NCBI GenBank assembly: GCA_031253755.1
Contig: JAIRVT010000016.1
Coordinates: 70,518 to 102,517, forward strand
Direction of reading: 5' to 3'
Length of the DNA: 32,000 nucleotides
Origin: Enterobacteriaceae bacterium
GTDB taxonomy: Bacteria > Pseudomonadota > Gammaproteobacteria > Enterobacterales > Enterobacteriaceae
Shown here: piece after piece, positions 28,869-32,000 of the stretch
How the letters are laid out: the number at the start of each line of letters is the position of its first letter
Numbering within the stretch: position 1 is the stretch's first letter
Notes under the pieces: model-generated
What the model was told of the DNA's origin: nothing
Seen by the model: the letters and a program-made list of their open reading frames with translations, nothing else
Database searches by the model: none
Translations under genes and position numbers: made by a program

Positions 28869-29620
28869 AATGGTGGGTTCTTTAACTCGGGGTATATCTC
28901 GAACTATGAACGTAAATGATATGGCAGCGTTATCGGTGCCTGTTTATTGGTACCCAAATCAATACAACCTATTAACATATTGATTTATATTACAAGGCAA
29001 TTGTTTGATGTACTCTGTTTGATTTCAAAATAAGGCTAACAAACTGTTAAAGTAAAACGCTACTGAGATGATAGTAACGAAAAATAACTAATTTCAAATA
29101 CCAGAATTATCTCAGTATAAATACGGTCTTAGCAAACATTATCTCAGCGAAAGAAGGTTCAGTAAGAGAAAGCTTCAAGCATAAAACACTCAGCACGAAA
29201 ACATCTTGGGATGTTCAGCATAAAGACGTCTTAAGCACCGGGCTATATACTGAATAAATCACTATATATGCTTTCAGATACACTAAATACGATATGCCAT
29301 CAGATATTTCAAGGTAATCCAGAGATAACAGGTTTATCAGACACGATCTATCAGATACTACAGATTGTTTAGTATGTAACACGCTTACTGTCAATTCTTC
29401 ACATCAATGATGAAAATTTTTCTTCACGATGTTTCTACACAGATGCCTTTCTACTGTCTTGCTACAACAATGTACAATGTACGTGTTTCATCTAAGCTAT
29501 AAGCACATGATTGTTAACTTACCATGCTTCGTTGCGGACGTCTAGCTGCCAATAGAAGAAATGAATAAATCATTTTAGTTCTATCTAGCGGCTAAACGCC
29601 CCTATATACCAGACACTAAA

Positions 29621-29962
29621 TCAGAGATACGGATTTAAGAATTCTTTCAGTTGATCTTTTGATAAAGCACCGACTTTTACTGCAACTTTTTCACCATCTT
29701 TAAACAACATCAAGGTCGGGATACCACGAATACCGAATTTTGGTGCAGTTTCAGTGTGATCATCAACATTCAGCTTGGCAACGGTCAGTTTTCCAGCATA
29801 ATCTGAAGCGATTTCTTCCAGAATAGGCGCCACCATTTTACAAGGGCCACACCATTCTGCCCAAAAATCAACAAGGACGATGCCTTCTGATTTCAGTTTG
29901 TTTCCATCAAAGTCATTATCTGCCAGATGGATAACACTAGAATTTACAATCTCTTCACTCAT
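29621..29962 (-). CDS. trxA: Thioredoxin 1
   Basis: 113-aa ORF with the active site [17 protein letters not shown]......[15 protein letters not shown] and VGALSK.QLKEFL match E. coli TrxA. Confidence 0.97.
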   Translation of the reverse strand: MSEEIVNSSVIHLADNDFDGNKLKSEGIVLVDFWAEWCGPCKMVAPILEEIASDYAGKLTVAKLNVDDHTETAPKFGIRGIPTLMLFKDGEKVAVKVGALSKDQLKEFLNPYL

Positions 29963-30081
29963 TATTTGAACTCCACAGTAAATCTTTTAGGCTGTCAGTG
30001 TACATGAACCAACATTAAGGTGCCTTTATTTCAGCGGATACACTTTCTAAAAGCAATAGTTAGCTGATATTCTACCACACT

Positions 30082-31365
30082 ATGAGCAAAACACATTTGA
30101 CAGAAAAGAAGTTTTCCGACTTCGCATTGCACCCCAAGGTCATTGAAGCTCTTGACAAAAAGGGCTTTTCTAACTGTACGCCAATTCAGGCGTTAACATT
30201 GCCTTTTACTGTCGAAGGCCGAGATGTTGCGGGGCAGGCACAAACTGGAACAGGCAAGACGCTGGCATTTCTGGCGTCTACTTTTCATTATTTACTGACC
30301 CATCCTACTGGCGCAGGGCATAAAACCAATCAGCCACGCGCGTTGATTATGGCCCCCACCCGCGAGTTGGCTGTCCAGATTTACTCAGATGCAGAAGAGC
30401 TGGCAGAGGTCACGGGACTGAAAATGGGCCTTGCCTATGGCGGTGATGGCTATGATAAGCAGCTAAAGGTGCTGGAAGCCGGTGTTGATATCGTCATTGG
30501 TACAACAGGCCGTTTAATTGATTACGCCAAACAGGGCTATATCAATCTTGGCGCAATTCAGGTTGTCGTGCTGGATGAAGCCGACCGCATGTACGATCTC
30601 GGTTTTATCAAGGACATCCGCTGGTTGTTCCGCCGGATACCGGCCGCCACTGAACGCCTGAATCTGCTGTTCTCTGCCACATTATCTTATCGGGTGCGCG
30701 AATTAGCGTTCGAACAGATGAACAATCCTGAATATGTGGAAGTTGAACCGTTACAAAAAACCGGGCATCGCATTCAGGAAGAACTTTTCTACCCTTCCAA
30801 TGAAGAAAAAATGCGCCTGTTACAGACGTTATTGGAAGAAGAGTGGCCTGATCGCTGCATTATTTTTGCTAACACCAAACACCGTTGCGAAGATATCTGG
30901 GCGCATCTGGCTGCCGATGGACATCGCGTTGGCCTGCTGACCGGAGACGTTGCACAGAAAAAACGCCTGCGCATTCTGGAAGAATTCAGCTTAGGTAATT
31001 TGGATATTCTGGTTGCCACCGATGTTGCCGCGCGTGGGCTGCATATCCCTTCTGTGACACATGTCTTTAACTACGATTTGCCGGATGATTGCGAAGATTA
31101 TGTTCACCGTATTGGCCGGACAGGTCGTGCAGGTGAAAGCGGCCACTCCATCAGTCTGGCCTGCGAAGAATATGCGCTGAATTTGCCAGGCATTGAAGAA
31201 TATATCCAGCATCAGATCCCGGTAAGTAAATACAACAGCGATGCGCTGCTAAAAGATTTACCTGTTCCCAAGCGTCGCAACCGCGCACGTTCTGGCGGGC
31301 ATCCACGTCGGACCAATGTTCCGCGCCGTGGTAATCCTATTCGTAATCGCAAACGCGATGCGTAA
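30082..31365 (+). CDS. rhlB: ATP-dependent DEAD-box RNA helicase RhlB (degradosome component)
   Basis: 427-aa ORF with a Q motif (F.DF.LHP.V..AL...GF..CTPIQA), [12 protein letters not shown] (VLDEADRM), [13 protein letters not shown] and an Arg-rich C-terminal tail. It is divergent from trxA, as in E. coli. Confidence 0.97.
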   Translation: MSKTHLTEKKFSDFALHPKVIEALDKKGFSNCTPIQALTLPFTVEGRDVAGQAQTGTGKTLAFLASTFHYLLTHPTGAGHKTNQPRALIMAPTRELAVQIYSDAEELAEVTGLKMGLAYGGDGYDKQLKVLEAGVDIVIGTTGRLIDYAKQGYINLGAIQVVVLDEADRMYDLGFIKDIRWLFRRIPAATERLNLLFSATLSYRVRELAFEQMNNPEYVEVEPLQKTGHRIQEELFYPSNEEKMRLLQTLLEEEWPDRCIIFANTKHRCEDIWAHLAADGHRVGLLTGDVAQKKRLRILEEFSLGNLDILVATDVAARGLHIPSVTHVFNYDLPDDCEDYVHRIGRTGRAGESGHSISLACEEYALNLPGIEEYIQHQIPVSKYNSDALLKDLPVPKRRNRARSGGHPRRTNVPRRGNPIRNRKRDA

Positions 31366-31398
31366 TCGTGATTCGTAGGTGTTGATTGGAATAACAAC

Positions 31399-32000
31399 AT
31401 GCTGAATTCTTCTTCGCTCTATGCCGCTATCGATTTAGGCTCAAACAGTTTTCATATGCTGGTTGTGCGTAAAGTTGCCACTGACACTCAAGTGATCGCT
31501 CGTATTAAGCGTAAAGTCAGGCTGGCCGCCGGATTGGATAAAAATAACCATTTATCACAACAGGCAATGGAGCGAGGATGGCAATGCCTTCGCCTTTTTG
31601 CGGAATATTTGCAGGATATTCCTGCCTCACAAATCCGTGCTGTCGCAACAGCCACATTGCGATTTGCCGAAAATTCTGATGAGTTTGTTGGAAAAGCCTC
31701 TGAAATATTGGGCACAGCAGTCAGAGTTATCAAAGGTGAAGAAGAAGCTCAGTTAATTTATCAGGGCGTTGCCCACACCACTGGCGGGCCGGAGAAGCGT
31801 CTGGTCGTGGATATCGGTGGTGGCAGTACAGAACTCGTCACCGGCACCGGCGCAAAAGCGACACAATTATTCAGCCTTGAAATGGGATGTGTTACTTGGC
31901 TTGAGCGTTATTTCAGTGATCGTAGCCTGACTGAAGAGAACTTTGCTGAAGCGGAAATCGCCACCCGCCGGATCCTCGCGCCAGCCATTCCGACATTATT
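31399..32000 (+). CDS. gppA: Guanosine pentaphosphate phosphohydrolase GppA, N-terminal ~200 aa; the gene runs off the right edge
   Basis: Not in the ORF track because there is no stop in the window. Translation from the ATG at 31399 gives [27 protein letters not shown]...[12 protein letters not shown]......[31 protein letters not shown]...N...[27 protein letters not shown]...[18 protein letters not shown]. This matches recalled E. coli GppA. It lies 33 nt downstream of rhlB. Confidence 0.93.
   Translation, partial: MLNSSSLYAAIDLGSNSFHMLVVRKVATDTQVIARIKRKVRLAAGLDKNNHLSQQAMERGWQCLRLFAEYLQDIPASQIRAVATATLRFAENSDEFVGKASEILGTAVRVIKGEEEAQLIYQGVAHTTGGPEKRLVVDIGGGSTELVTGTGAKATQLFSLEMGCVTWLERYFSDRSLTEENFAEAEIATRRILAPAIPTL

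Noticed and set aside
29268-29372. 34-codon plus-strand ORF (MLSDTLNTICHQIFQGNPEITGLSDTIYQILQIV) with an internal LSDT repeat, antisense to the rho upstream region.
   Set aside because: The internal peptide repeat simply reflects the iterated tcagata DNA motif. There is no SD or promoter evidence. I kept the DNA motif as part of the rho-leader finding and did not call a gene.
29514-29573. 19-codon partly hydrophobic minus-strand ORF (MIYSFLLLAARRPQRSMVS) just after trxA, considered as a type I toxin-like peptide.
   Set aside because: There is no SD, no evident antisense RNA or promoter architecture, and the peptide is only half hydrophobic. It is indistinguishable from a chance ORF in AT-rich DNA.

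Overview
This window is a conserved Enterobacterales core-chromosome segment. I found no novel protein-coding system in it.

Gene order matches the E. coli K-12 region around xerC-dapF-cyaA-hemCDXY-wec-rho-trxA-rhlB-gppA, in inverted orientation:
- Minus strand: yigB (partial), xerC, yigA, dapF, yifL/lptM.
- Plus strand: cyaY.
- Minus strand: cyaA.
- Plus strand: hemC, hemD, hemX, hemY.
- Minus strand: the sRNA GlmZ (not visible in an ORF track), the four-tRNA operon argX-hisR-leuT-proM, yifK, the complete 12-gene enterobacterial common antigen cluster (wecA wzzE wecB wecC rffG rffH wecD wecE wzxE wecF wzyE wecG), rho and trxA.
- Plus strand: rhlB and gppA (partial).

Every ORF that is not an obvious antisense shadow ORF has a well-known ortholog in conserved synteny. 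There is no mobile element, CRISPR array, defence-like cassette or compositional island. The only gene-content difference from E. coli K-12 is the absence of aslA/aslB.

Signals worth a second look are all non-ORF or sub-gene scale:
1. glmZ appears to be driven by a well-spaced sigma54 -24/-12 promoter, with a perfect TGTC-N10-GACA GlrR-type site upstream.
2. A 17-bp x 5.4 tandem array lies just upstream of the TTG start of cyaA.
3. Short tandem duplications recur. The in-frame ones are in cyaA (two sites), hemC, wecD and wzzE; the others are at the rffG/rffH junction and in the proM-leuT spacer.
4. Three spacers are long and AT-rich: cyaA-hemC (765 bp), trxA-rho (752 bp) and rho-wecA (421 bp).

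All homology statements rest on my recollection of E. coli protein and RNA sequences, not on a database search.
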